IMG/VR virus record: IMGVR_UViG_2681813305_000007
Source: a virus
Taxonomy: Duplodnaviria > Heunggongvirae > Uroviricota > Caudoviricetes
Reading direction: 5' to 3' (one strand)
DNA length: 64,000 nt
Below, piece after piece: positions 11,341 to 20,132 of this stretch (positions within the stretch are counted from its first letter, which is position 1; the number at the start of each line of letters is the position of its first letter). The notes under the pieces are model-generated. The model was not told where the DNA came from, ran no database searches, and saw only the letters and a program-made list of their open reading frames with translations. The translations under genes and the position numbers were made by a program.

Positions 11341-11598
11341 CTAATTTTTCCCTCTAAATATTTCAGACCGACGTATGTCGGCCTTATCCCGGTTGCACTG
11401 CCCCAGCGCTGATAGCAGACTGACGTTTAAATCAAGGCTCTGGCCCCACGTCATCTTGTCCGGTATATCAGGATAAGGCGTTTCAGCTGTCAGGCTGGAG
11501 GGTAGCGGCACTACCGGAACGGTGACGTAAACTGTCTTTGTATTGCTGCAACCGCTTAACTGCGCCAGCAGGAATACCAGCGGGAGCGCAATCATCAT
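11341..11598 (-). CDS. o-spanin (Rz1-like outer-membrane lipoprotein), overlapping the Rz 3' end in the +1 frame
   Basis: MMIALPLVFLLAQLSGCS is a signal peptide plus lipobox, and the protein is Pro-rich. It overlaps Rz by about 116 nt. Confidence 0.5.
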   Translation of the reverse strand: MMIALPLVFLLAQLSGCSNTKTVYVTVPVVPLPSSLTAETPYPDIPDKMTWGQSLDLNVSLLSALGQCNRDKADIRRSEIFRGKN

Positions 11599-11872
11599 TC
11601 GCAACAGCCACTTTGATATCCGCCGCGGCTCCCGATGCGTCCAGTGCGATCTGCTCTTTGGCATTTTTGTTGGCCTCCGCGATGGAATTGAATATGGTCA
11701 TGGTGGTAAGAACGTTGGCTGTGATGGCCTGAGTGCTGTTTACCTGCTGCTCGGCGCCATCGGCTCGGGTTTTCTGCTCAGCAGCAGCGTTGTGGTAATG
11801 CATTACCAGCCACCCAAGGCAAACCATCAGGCAGATCACAACAGCGCTGATAATGGCTGCTAATCGGCTCAT
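11483..11872 (-). CDS. i-spanin (Rz-like)
   Basis: It has an N-terminal TM segment (MSRLAAIISAVVICLMVCLGWL) and a coiled-coil periplasmic domain, immediately downstream of the endolysin. Its N-terminus is homologous to 55160..55624. Confidence 0.6.
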   Translation of the reverse strand: MSRLAAIISAVVICLMVCLGWLVMHYHNAAAEQKTRADGAEQQVNSTQAITANVLTTMTIFNSIAEANKNAKEQIALDASGAAADIKVAVANDDCAPAGIPAGAVKRLQQYKDSLRHRSGSAATLQPDS

Positions 11873-12399
11873 TCATCTATCCCCCAACATGCCAGTGCGC
11901 TTTCCTGATCACGACGAGAGACCTGGCCGTAACAATTGTTCGAACGCACGCGGCAATCTTTTCCGCCATCAAAAATCCACCGGCGAATTTCAGCGCAGGC
12001 GCCTTTCCGGTCACCGGCATTCAGCTTGCGGTAGAAGGTGGAAGGAAAGCATTTACCGGGCCCGATGTTATAGGGGCAGAAACTGGCAATCCCGACCTTT
12101 TGAGGGGGTGTCAGAGGAACACGCACATTCTGATCTACCCATGCCAGCGCCTTATTGCGCTCGACGGCATTAACCTGATCGCATTTGGCCTGGGTTAACT
12201 TCATTCCCTGGGTTACAGGTCTTCCATCTACCTGGGTAACTCCACGACATATCGTCCATATGCCGGCGCCATCGCGGTATGACGTGAGGCTTTTGCCCTC
12301 TTTCTCATTCAGGAACTGGTCCATAAGAACGGGAGCTGAAGCGCCAGCAGCGATAAGCGCCAGCATGGCCGAACTGAGTTTCGTTTTCAGGTTAGCCAT
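11869..12399 (-). CDS. SAR endolysin (GH24 T4/P21-type lysozyme)
   Basis: It has an N-terminal signal-anchor-release segment (MANLKTKLSSAMLALIAAGASAPVL) and the catalytic E…D…T spacing (EGKSLTSYRDGAGIWTICRGVT). It is near-identical to 55621..56151. Confidence 0.8.
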   Translation of the reverse strand: MANLKTKLSSAMLALIAAGASAPVLMDQFLNEKEGKSLTSYRDGAGIWTICRGVTQVDGRPVTQGMKLTQAKCDQVNAVERNKALAWVDQNVRVPLTPPQKVGIASFCPYNIGPGKCFPSTFYRKLNAGDRKGACAEIRRWIFDGGKDCRVRSNNCYGQVSRRDQESALACWGIDE

Positions 12400-12401
12400 C
12401 G

Positions 12402-12659
12402 CTATTCATCCTGCGGTGGCGGGCCACCATAGCCACGATCGAGGGATTGCTGATACATCTTCGTCCAGCGGCGCTTAAAGTAGAGATTGGTCAGATAAGT
12501 CGCTACACCGATTATCACGCCACTGGCCAGGGCAATAAAATTCCAGTCAAGGCCATGAAACCAGTCATAGGTCCTTGCCAGCCCGGTGCATATCAGGCCG
12601 CCTGACGAGCAGTACGAGGCCGCCGAAAAGATTTTGTCAGGCATTTTCATAGTCTCCAC
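12402..12659 (-). CDS. Holin (two-TM; possibly a pinholin, given the SAR endolysin)
   Basis: 85 aa with two hydrophobic segments and a charged C-terminus; it is the first gene of the lysis cassette and is near-identical to 56154..56411. Confidence 0.6.
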   Translation of the reverse strand: METMKMPDKIFSAASYCSSGGLICTGLARTYDWFHGLDWNFIALASGVIIGVATYLTNLYFKRRWTKMYQQSLDRGYGGPPPQDE

Positions 12660-12916
12660 CTCCGATAATGTTCGGGGTGCTATCTGTAGTCAGTAAAAGG
12701 TTCAGGGCCGTCGGGCTGGATTTAACAACGAAGCGTGTCGATGATGATTCCCGTGAGCCTGAAATGAAAAAGGCCACGCAAATGCGCAGCCTGTAATTGT
12801 CGCGGGTAAAATTTAATTGTCGCTCGTTGGACGCTAACCCGCTTTTGACAACGCGCCCATCCAGAGCGCGGCCTCAATGGAGGTCTTCCAGTCGGCCAAC
12901 TTTTCAGTCGCCAGAA

Positions 12917-12941
12917 ACAAAAAACCCCGCCGAAGCGAGGT
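12917..12941 (-). terminator. tR'-like intrinsic terminator downstream of Q (prophage A)
   Basis: On the minus strand CCTCGC-UUCG-GCGGGG is followed by UUUUUUG: a tetraloop hairpin plus a U-run between Q and the holin. Confidence 0.55.
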
Positions 12942-13055
12942 TTCATGTTTTAATTTCGTACGGGCGTTATATCCCACGATTGAAAGCATACTAGACACTT
13001 TTATGCAAAGTCAATACTATCATGCAAAAAATAGCCGATATTTGTTCCGATCATA

Positions 13056-13847
13056 TTAATAACTTGTCGCTTTCTCAAATTCTACTGCAGCCTGACGCTC
13101 CCCCTGACGCAGCATGTCCACCAGCCCCTCATAGAACGGTTTCCAGTTGCGTGACCACGAAGACTGATGGAGATCCGGGAGACGCTTCAGAATGGCGCGG
13201 TGAACCGTCGCTGAGGGTACAACAGAGAAGCCATTTCCAGAGCAGCGCTCACATGTTTTGAAAACCGGTGCGCCAAGTTCTTTGGTCGCTTTGCGATCTA
13301 ACACCTCCCCTTTACCACCACACCTGCATCGCGCATGGATCACTTTCTTTCCTCCACACACTCCACAGACCCTTTTCACCAGTTCATTTCTAATCTTTGG
13401 GGCCTTCACCTCGACACCGTCTGCATCGAAAATACCAGGGTGCTTAATTACATCTTCATGGCTGGAAATAAAGCCGGTTCCGCTGCAGCTGTGACACGTT
13501 GCGCTGGTGGCCGCCGAACGTGAGTACTCCGCAAAAGCAAATTGTGCCAGCGTCAACATGCAGGTGCCGAGCTTGTCACCGGCGGCTTTGCGGACATTTT
13601 TAGGAGCGTTTTTGATGGCAAACTGCGCCAGCGCCTGAATTGCAAGCTGTTCATCCGTTTTGCTGATACCAGCCTTTCCGAAGAAAGCGGCCAGGCCGAA
13701 GCGTGCCCTGCTGCTGGTCACACCGATCCCGGTCATAATGTCTGTGCCATTCAGGCGATTCGGGGATGTGCTTTTCGCGTCGTCGGTGATATGCATGCCC
13801 TGAGGGCTAAAGTGTTTGAGGGAGGCTTCCAGTTTCATTCTTCGCAC
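13056..13847 (-). CDS. Late-gene antiterminator Q-like protein (zinc-finger type)
   Basis: 263 aa with several CxxC pairs (CHSCSGTG, CGVCGG…CRCGG, CERCSG). It sits immediately upstream of the tR' terminator and the lysis cassette. Confidence 0.55.
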   Translation of the reverse strand: MRRMKLEASLKHFSPQGMHITDDAKSTSPNRLNGTDIMTGIGVTSSRARFGLAAFFGKAGISKTDEQLAIQALAQFAIKNAPKNVRKAAGDKLGTCMLTLAQFAFAEYSRSAATSATCHSCSGTGFISSHEDVIKHPGIFDADGVEVKAPKIRNELVKRVCGVCGGKKVIHARCRCGGKGEVLDRKATKELGAPVFKTCERCSGNGFSVVPSATVHRAILKRLPDLHQSSWSRNWKPFYEGLVDMLRQGERQAAVEFEKATSY

Positions 13848-14311
13848 TCCCCGACCAGGTTCAAAATAATGCGATCAAACAGCGAATCCCGTTCCTCAAA
13901 ATAGTCACATGCCAGTAACCACTTGCAGACTGTTAATGCTTCAGCCCGGGTAACTGGTTTCATGGCGCACAAAAGGTCAGTGAGCCACCCGCGCCGATCC
14001 CAGATAATCTGGACGTAGCCATCGCCATTTTGTGTTTTATACCTGTGACGAAGTACGGATTCCCAGTAATCCCATTCAATGGTTACATCGCTTAATGTCC
14101 AGGGAGAGAGGAGGATGTTTTTAAAACCTTTAATTTCTCTTACGCGAAGTTCTTCCGCCTCACGACTTAAGTTTTTTTCATCGGCCCAGTTTGCATAAAT
14201 ATGACTGAAGCGCTCCATAACAAGGCGCTCAGCATCAGTAATTTTCTCAGGCGAAAAGTCCTGTTCGATGGTGAAGAATTGGTTATGTTGCAGATTGTTA
14301 TTGTTCATCAT
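13835..14311 (-). CDS. Hypothetical nin-region protein
   Basis: 158 aa, translationally coupled (ATGA overlaps) to the primase upstream and Q downstream. Confidence 0.4.
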   Translation of the reverse strand: MMNNNNLQHNQFFTIEQDFSPEKITDAERLVMERFSHIYANWADEKNLSREAEELRVREIKGFKNILLSPWTLSDVTIEWDYWESVLRHRYKTQNGDGYVQIIWDRRGWLTDLLCAMKPVTRAEALTVCKWLLACDYFEERDSLFDRIILNLVGECEE

Positions 14312-15285
14312 GCTGCCACCTTTTTATAGAAAACTTGTTCACGAACCTGATCGCCGTTCATAAGCATATCATTGAAATCTCCGTTATCCGGCCAGCGTAT
14401 GCTGACTTTCACCAGGTCGTTTTTCGCCAGCAGGTTTGCGTGGGCGCACTCGAACGCCGCGGCATGTCCAGTTGCAGAGTGCTTGTCCATGTCGGCAAAA
14501 ATAATCAGATGCTTCACACCTGCCGGGACCCGGAATTTCTTCATAAACCCGCTGTTGATTACCGCCCAGGTGTTGACGCCATAAACCTGATAACAGGAGA
14601 GTGCTGTTTCGATACCTTCGGCAATGCCGATCGTCGTTGATACCGGAAACATGCGAATGGCCACAGAGCGGGCGTGATCCAGATAGCTGTCCTCTTGAAG
14701 CGACTTAAGACGTTTGGCGCTATCAATATCTGCCTTCCTGTCGCCGTCCAGCAGCGTCTGGTGCAGGTAACAAAGCTCAGCTTTGTCATCGGTAGCCAGG
14801 GCATACAGAGCTTGATAAACGCGCCCCGCATGGCGTTGGCGGTCACAAAAACGGATGCCTTCTGCCGGCAGGCGACTTATCCCACGTTGAAGAAGGTAAC
14901 CAGCCGCGCTAGTTCCCCGTAAATCGAGCAACTTGGAAAACTTACTGATGACTCGCTGGCGCTGCCGCGCCGCCGAACTGTTAGAAGGCACGTTGATGCG
15001 CTGATAGTTATTCCCGATGAGCTGGTCCACTTCTGCGCAGATGGCGGAAAAGCTTTTTGACTGGGTCAGGGTCAGCAGCTTCATCCCGTCACCGCTACCG
15101 CATACACAGATCCATGTACCCTGACCGTCACGGTCATCAACGCGATACTTCCCCCGCGCCTTACAGACCGGACATTCTCCCTTGTAATGGTTTTTCCCGG
15201 TGATAGGCGGCAGCCCGTAATATTCAAAAATTTCTGACCACCGGCCTTTTGCTGCTTCTGCTGTTTTCATATCACTGACTCGCAC
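14308..15285 (-). CDS. DNA primase (zinc-binding + TOPRIM, P4 alpha-like N-terminal region)
   Basis: It has the CPVCKARGKYRVDDRDGQGTWICVCG zinc ribbon and an acidic TOPRIM motif (IIFADMD), and it overlaps the helicase gene. Confidence 0.7.
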   Translation of the reverse strand: MRVSDMKTAEAAKGRWSEIFEYYGLPPITGKNHYKGECPVCKARGKYRVDDRDGQGTWICVCGSGDGMKLLTLTQSKSFSAICAEVDQLIGNNYQRINVPSNSSAARQRQRVISKFSKLLDLRGTSAAGYLLQRGISRLPAEGIRFCDRQRHAGRVYQALYALATDDKAELCYLHQTLLDGDRKADIDSAKRLKSLQEDSYLDHARSVAIRMFPVSTTIGIAEGIETALSCYQVYGVNTWAVINSGFMKKFRVPAGVKHLIIFADMDKHSATGHAAAFECAHANLLAKNDLVKVSIRWPDNGDFNDMLMNGDQVREQVFYKKVAA

Positions 15286-16930
15286 TATTTACGTTTTTCT
15301 GGAGTTTTCGTTTTGCTTCGATAATTAATTGCCCGTCGCTGCCCTCAGGAGGCTCATAGTTGATACTGGCGCTCGGAGGTGGAAATAGATCCTGGTCAGG
15401 TTTCTTCCCCATCTGCTGCAGGCGTTCGCGGCGTTTAGCAAATTTGATAAGTTTGTGTTTGATGTGATTGCTGACCTCCGGTGTGATCTCCATTGGAAAG
15501 TCGCTTAAGCCGTTGGGCCATTCGCCGAATTTCTCCTGAAAGGTATGAGCACACCAGCCATCGCTGACAGGTTTCCCCTGCGCCGCACGATGACGCTGGT
15601 AAAACTTGATCTGACTCCACCAGGACTGCTTGTCGCTTTTGGTATAAACCGTTTCGTGCTTGCTCATTTTTTTGATGTTGCGGGTGCCGTCAGTCTCGAC
15701 GTCCTGACCAACGAGCGGTTTAAATCCGCACTTTGGGCAGACGTAAACGCCGGATGGCTTCATGAAATGACATTCGGGGCATTCTTTCGGAAGTTTTTCT
15801 TCGCGCTCCTTAGTTGCGCCGGCAGCGGCCGCTTTCATGCCGTCGTTTGTGGATGGCAGATCGTCGTATTCGATGGAGTCAGGGAAGCCGAGGCGATGCA
15901 CAGTGCCACTGTGATCAAAAATCAGGCAGGCATCTTTCCCGGGTGCAGTTCGCAGTCCGCGGCCCAGCGCCTGCAGCCAGCGAATTTCACTTTTTGTCGG
16001 ACGGGCGTAGATAATGCAGCGAACATCACTATCAAAACCGGCCACCAGCACACCCACACTGACGATTATTTTTGTGGCGCCAGTCTCGAAGCGGTGGATC
16101 ATCGCCTGCCGTTCTTCGTGGGGTGTTTCTGCGACCATCACCTCAGCGTTAATGCCCGCCTTGTTAAACTGCATGGTTACAAAGTTTGCGTGGGCCTTGT
16201 TAACGCAGAACGCCACCGTAGGAAGGTCACGACCATGACGAAGCCAGTTATCGACGATATCGCCCACCAGGTCAGAACCGCACATGATTTCCGCCAGCTG
16301 GGACTCGTCGTAATCAGTACCGAACTCTATAGATGGCTTCGTTTCTACCCCGCTAAGATCCGGTTTTGTTGGGGCGAAAAATTCGTACTTACTGAGGTCA
16401 CCACGCTGGATCAATTCGCCAATCGTCGTTGGCTTAATCAGGTGTTGATAGTAATGGCCCAGGAACGGCGCAAAAGGGGTACCAGATAAACCGATAACCT
16501 TCGCTTTTTTCTCCGCTGTGATCCGTTCGATTTCTTTCAGGATACGGCGTTTACGCAGGTGCGCCTCATCGACAATAAGCAGATCGATGTTTTTGGGAAA
16601 TTCACGCCTAATGAGCGTGTCAGCGCTCGCAATCTGGATCAGCAGATTTGGGTCGTAGTTCGGGTGATCACGCCAGATAAAACTAATCTGGTCTTCCGGC
16701 AACCCGTATTCTGTAAAGCGCTGGGCGGTCTGGTTAATCAGGATCGTATACGGGGCGACAAACAGAACACGCATACCACGACTAACCAGGCCGGCGGCGA
16801 TAAACGCAGCCAGGCCTGTTTTGCCGCTTCCGGTCGGTGCGTAGACCATGAAGGAATCGTGCGCCTTCCAGGTGCGCCGCAGCATGTTAAGCCCACGTTC
16901 CTGTGCAAAGTTCGGTGTGATGTTAAGCAT
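15272..16930 (-). CDS. Superfamily-2 DNA helicase (DEAD/DEAH-box, phage replication)
   Basis: Recognisable motifs are Walker A APTGSGKT, DEAH-like LIVDEAH, SGTP and QALGRGLR. The C-terminal zinc ribbon CPECHF…CPKCG is also present. Confidence 0.8.
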   Translation of the reverse strand: MLNITPNFAQERGLNMLRRTWKAHDSFMVYAPTGSGKTGLAAFIAAGLVSRGMRVLFVAPYTILINQTAQRFTEYGLPEDQISFIWRDHPNYDPNLLIQIASADTLIRREFPKNIDLLIVDEAHLRKRRILKEIERITAEKKAKVIGLSGTPFAPFLGHYYQHLIKPTTIGELIQRGDLSKYEFFAPTKPDLSGVETKPSIEFGTDYDESQLAEIMCGSDLVGDIVDNWLRHGRDLPTVAFCVNKAHANFVTMQFNKAGINAEVMVAETPHEERQAMIHRFETGATKIIVSVGVLVAGFDSDVRCIIYARPTKSEIRWLQALGRGLRTAPGKDACLIFDHSGTVHRLGFPDSIEYDDLPSTNDGMKAAAAGATKEREEKLPKECPECHFMKPSGVYVCPKCGFKPLVGQDVETDGTRNIKKMSKHETVYTKSDKQSWWSQIKFYQRHRAAQGKPVSDGWCAHTFQEKFGEWPNGLSDFPMEITPEVSNHIKHKLIKFAKRRERLQQMGKKPDQDLFPPPSASINYEPPEGSDGQLIIEAKRKLQKNVNSASQ

Positions 16931-17073
16931 TGTCAGCCCTTTTTGAGTTCTACTCTTCCAGGAAGAAACATTCCTGACCTCTTGCCGGGATACCGTGTAC
17001 CAGTTTGCTAGTGCGCCGCTCTTTTATGGTTCTGCCTTCAAGATCGGTACCTACCTAACCCATGTACCTGTCT

Positions 17074-17127
17074 GTTGGAAAAGGACGCTATTCCTGCCCT
17101 AACTCCCAACTCCCCCCAACCCCCCTC
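17074..17127 (-). other. Polypyrimidine (plus strand) / G-run (minus strand) tract in the 308-bp leader upstream of the helicase gene
   Basis: ccctaactcccaactccccccaacccccctcttccctcttccccatccc: the minus strand carries at least five GGG(G) runs. Scattered GTACC/GGTAC repeats flank it. Confidence 0.5.
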
Positions 17128-17238
17128 TTCCCTCTTCCCCATCCCATGTACTCGCAAGCTGGTACAAAGAACAAAAAACAGTCAAGGATTGTTCCCTGCT
17201 ATCACCCGGCACCTTTAAGCCCGGTGACCAACGGATCG

Positions 17239-17532
17239 TTACTGAGATCCGGCCAGGGGTGGCTGGGTCGTATACCCCTGCAGTGCGCGTCCGTGTGCAT
17301 CCACGAATCTGCGAAGCCTCACATTGGCTTCATGCCTTGCCCGGTTCTCCTTGCGGTATGGAACGGGCTCGGCTTCGAACGATTCCTGATACACAGCTGC
17401 ATAACGCTGAATGGCTTTTTGTCGTGCTGCTGGCGTCAGGCTCAGTAACTGCTGCTTGATCCATTCTTCATCTGCAGATGCGTACACAGATGGGAGCAAA
17501 CCGTGGTCAGGCCTCATCCCGTGCAACATCAT
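17239..17532 (-). CDS. Hypothetical early protein in the cII position (downstream of cro)
   Basis: 97-aa ORF overlapping the cro stop; no recognisable motif. Confidence 0.35.
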   Translation of the reverse strand: MMLHGMRPDHGLLPSVYASADEEWIKQQLLSLTPAARQKAIQRYAAVYQESFEAEPVPYRKENRARHEANVRLRRFVDAHGRALQGYTTQPPLAGSQ

Positions 17533-17728
17533 CTGAAAATACCTCGTCCAAACTTGTATTCAGGCCAAGCTGTTTAAACGCGCTGACGATCCGCTTTCCG
17601 ACTGCAACATCAGGAATCCTTCTTCCTGTTTCGTAGTGGCTAACGGCCCCCTGGGAGCTATCAATCAGCGCGGCCAGCTCTCCCTGAGTTACCTTTGCTT
17701 TGCGTCTAAGGCTCTTGATTCCACTCAT
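17507..17728 (-). CDS. cro: Cro-like HTH (XRE family) regulator
   Basis: From the ATG at 17728 it reads MSGIKSLRRKAKVTQGELAALIDSSQGAVSHYETGRRIP (helix-turn-helix). It is divergent from cI. Confidence 0.6.
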   Translation of the reverse strand: MSGIKSLRRKAKVTQGELAALIDSSQGAVSHYETGRRIPDVAVGKRIVSAFKQLGLNTSLDEVFSDDVARDEA

Positions 17729-17825
17729 TCGATTAGTCTCGCATAAATAATACATAACGTACTATACACGGTCACAAGAATAATACAAAATGGAAGTTGC
17801 TCAGTAAATACGGAATGTAATAATC
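17729..17825. promoter_or_regulatory. Divergent cI/cro promoter-operator region
   Basis: 97-bp AT-rich intergenic region between divergent repressor genes; the individual operators were not resolved. Confidence 0.4.
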
Positions 17826-18494
17826 ATGGCTATGAAACAGAGATGGCAGGACCTGGCCAAAACCAGGATGAAAGAAGTCGGCATGACTCAAGAACAGCTG
17901 GCAGAGGCGCTCGGCATAACGCAGGGCGGGCTGGGCCATTGGTTAAACGCCAGACGTGAACCGAACTTAGAGGTTATAGCTAAGATTTTTAACATATTGA
18001 AAATGCCCGGCTTCGTAGTAAATGCTGACGGCACTATCAGCGACTCAAGAGCCGATCACAATGTAAGTTTTAATAGCATTAACGAATCCAAGGGAAGCTA
18101 CCCTGTTATAAGCTGGGTTAGCGCTGGAGATTGGATGGAAGCTGTAGAACCGTACCACCGTAGAGCGATAGATCGATGGTATGACACCACCGTTGAATGC
18201 TCTGAGGATTCGTTCTGGTTAGACGTCAGAGGCGATTCCATGACATCACCAGCAGGGCTGAGCATACCGGAAGGGATGGCGATACTTGTCGATCCCCAAG
18301 TGGAAGCAATCAACGGAAAATTGGTTGTAGCGAAACTTGACGGTGACAATGAAGCCACTTTCAAAAAGCTTGTTATCGATGCCGGTCAAAGATTTCTCAA
18401 ACCCCTCAACCCCCAATACCCAATAATCCCTATCAATGGCAATTGCCGTATTATCGGGGTTGTAGTCGACGCAAAAATCACCAACCTCCCATAA
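17826..18494 (+). CDS. cI: CI-type prophage repressor (HTH + LexA-like S24 peptidase domain)
   Basis: The HTH is MTQEQLAEALGITQGGLGHWLN, and the S24 motifs are GDSM (Ser) and KLVVAKL (Lys), so it is predicted to autocleave. Confidence 0.85.
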   Translation: MAMKQRWQDLAKTRMKEVGMTQEQLAEALGITQGGLGHWLNARREPNLEVIAKIFNILKMPGFVVNADGTISDSRADHNVSFNSINESKGSYPVISWVSAGDWMEAVEPYHRRAIDRWYDTTVECSEDSFWLDVRGDSMTSPAGLSIPEGMAILVDPQVEAINGKLVVAKLDGDNEATFKKLVIDAGQRFLKPLNPQYPIIPINGNCRIIGVVVDAKITNLP

Positions 18495-18502
18495 ATTGGC
18501 CG

Positions 18503-18530
18503 CGAAAGCGGCTTTTTTTTTGCCTCCAAC
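18503..18530 (+). terminator. Strong intrinsic terminator after cI
   Basis: GCCGC-GAAA-GCGGC is followed by T9. Confidence 0.7.
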
Positions 18531-18664
18531 ACCCCACCAGAAACTAAAAAACCTTGAAAAACAAAATGATGTGAAATAACACACCAAAATACTCCATTTT
18601 GTATTGATCTTATTTAATACGTTATGTATTGTTTATGCATTAGCGGATTAATGGAGTGCAAAAG

Positions 18665-18979
18665 ATGAGTACAGAGAAATTTTTTCAACTGGTAACTATA
18701 CCTGATTACCGTTTCTCTTCCGATAAAGAGCAATGTCAAAACATTGATTTCGACAAAATTGCTACTGATTGCGATACAAAAACAATATCTATTTTGCAAG
18801 CCATCAATCATATAGGGGTTAGCATAATGAGTGAGGCAGAAGAAAAGAGATTAAATAAAGATAAAATAATGATGCTTTCTAGTGTGGTTGCAGACCTCGC
18901 TGAATTAGCAATAGCAACAAATAAAATAGCTAACTCAGCAACATATTCTTCCGGTTATAAGGATGCTAAAAATGTCTGA
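18665..18979 (+). CDS. Hypothetical protein, AT-rich accessory cassette downstream of cI
   Basis: The ATG at 18665 has a GGAGTG RBS. The protein is about 104 aa, the local GC is far below the flanks, and a sigma70-like promoter (TTGATC…TATGTA) lies at 18604-18640. Confidence 0.45.
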   Translation: MSTEKFFQLVTIPDYRFSSDKEQCQNIDFDKIATDCDTKTISILQAINHIGVSIMSEAEEKRLNKDKIMMLSSVVADLAELAIATNKIANSATYSSGYKDAKNV

Positions 18980-19160
18980 TATCACTTTGCAAAAAGCAGC
19001 ATCAAAGGCTTACCAGGCTGAGATTGTGGCGAGGATGCTTGAGAACTACCCTCATAAACTGACCGACTCAGACGTGGAATCTGTCGCCTCACTTTTGGCT
19101 GATCTGATTGGGCCAGTTGCAGCGTACCTTATTGAGGAAGAGTCTAAAAACCCGGCTTAA
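18972..19160 (+). CDS. Hypothetical small protein, second gene of the AT-rich cassette
   Basis: The ATG at 18972 is preceded by an AAGGA RBS; it overlaps the previous gene's stop and encodes about 62 aa. Confidence 0.4.
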   Translation: MSDITLQKAASKAYQAEIVARMLENYPHKLTDSDVESVASLLADLIGPVAAYLIEEESKNPA

Positions 19161-19228
19161 AAATTTAATTAGTAATTTTAATTACAGGAGTAATCCCGGG
19201 GATTTCTGCAATCAAATTAAGGGTAACC

Positions 19229-19327
19229 ATGATTAATAAACAAGCATTTAAAACAGCTCAGTTATTTGTCTCTCTTGGTTATTGGTCTATAGCCATGCTT
19301 TATTTAAAAAAGGCTTACGGTAAATAA
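19229..19327 (+). CDS. Possible 32-aa small ORF (MINKQAFKTAQLFVSLGYWSIAMLYLKKAYGK)
   Basis: It has an AAGGGT RBS and lies in the AT-rich tract; short and speculative. Confidence 0.2.
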   Translation: MINKQAFKTAQLFVSLGYWSIAMLYLKKAYGK

Positions 19328-19329
19328 AA

Positions 19330-19695
19330 GTGAATAATTTAATTAGCACTTATAGACGCAGAATTTTAAAAGCGGCCTTGTTACGCCACCAGCGAAAGAC
19401 TGGGAGTAGCTTACTTGTCATTAAGCTCAACAAGGGTGGGATTAGTACTATCGAATTAACTGAGATTCTTCTTGATGGATTGTTGCGGAAATTCGAGCGA
19501 CTGGCGCTCGGTGAATACGGAAATGTGGAAGGTGTGAAAGCTCTTAAGGGAATTTACAGCAACTCTGTTGATGTTAATGGCAGCGGCGAATTCCTCACAG
19601 AAAGCGGGAAAGAGTTAATCGACGAGCTTATTTCTGAACTGGTTGAGTTCGTCAAAAAGCAGAAACCAGTTACTGCGGAGTCCGGCAATGAATAA
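19330..19695 (+). CDS. Hypothetical early protein (GTG start)
   Basis: 121 aa; it begins a chain of translationally coupled early-left genes. Confidence 0.45.
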   Translation: MNNLISTYRRRILKAALLRHQRKTGSSLLVIKLNKGGISTIELTEILLDGLLRKFERLALGEYGNVEGVKALKGIYSNSVDVNGSGEFLTESGKELIDELISELVEFVKKQKPVTAESGNE

Positions 19696-19942
19696 CCAGC
19701 AAACAATGCTCTATCAGGGTGTGCTGATCCCCCGCCCCGTGTTGAACGTGGATCTGCATGTCCTCCCTGATTTTACCGGGCGGGTAGTCTTGCACATCGA
19801 GAACGGGAGGGTGATATGCGACCGCCAGCTGTTCGACGACGAGCACATTTGCACACTGGCCACGTTTATCGAAATGGCCCGCGACGCGGGGTTGAGGATC
19901 GAGGAGGAAGCTGGTGGCACTGACAGCGATACGAATTCCTGA
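19688..19942 (+). CDS. Hypothetical early protein
   Basis: The ATG at 19688 overlaps the previous gene's 3' end; about 84 aa. Confidence 0.4.
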   Translation: MNNQQTMLYQGVLIPRPVLNVDLHVLPDFTGRVVLHIENGRVICDRQLFDDEHICTLATFIEMARDAGLRIEEEAGGTDSDTNS

Positions 19943-20132
19943 GAGGGTTCACCTGCAGGCGCTGCAGGTCCTGCTGCGGTATCGGCGCCGGCGGATATTC
20001 CCGCGGCGAATGCGCCGCACCGGCTACCTCAGCCTGAAGGTTAACCCACGCTGGCGCCTGTTATCGAAAGACGATGGCCGGAACTGGGAAGTTATGAGTC
20101 ATGAAACCTATAACCGGGAGAAAGACAAATGA
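19914..20132 (+). CDS. Hypothetical small basic protein
   Basis: 72 aa, Arg-rich, with overlapping start and stop. Confidence 0.35.
   Translation: MALTAIRIPERVHLQALQVLLRYRRRRIFPRRMRRTGYLSLKVNPRWRLLSKDDGRNWEVMSHETYNREKDK

Noticed and set aside
15545-16489. 314-aa plus-strand ORF
   Set aside because: It lies entirely antisense within the well-supported SF2 helicase gene (clear Walker/DEAH motifs on the minus strand); a shadow ORF of a GC-rich gene.
17062-17448. 128-aa plus-strand Pro-rich ORF
   Set aside because: Its Pro richness is an artefact of the C-rich tract, and it overlaps the minus-strand cII-position gene.
17729-17825. Explicit operator half-sites in the cI-cro intergenic region
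   Set aside because: No convincing repeated palindromes could be identified by eye; it is annotated only as a generic regulatory region.
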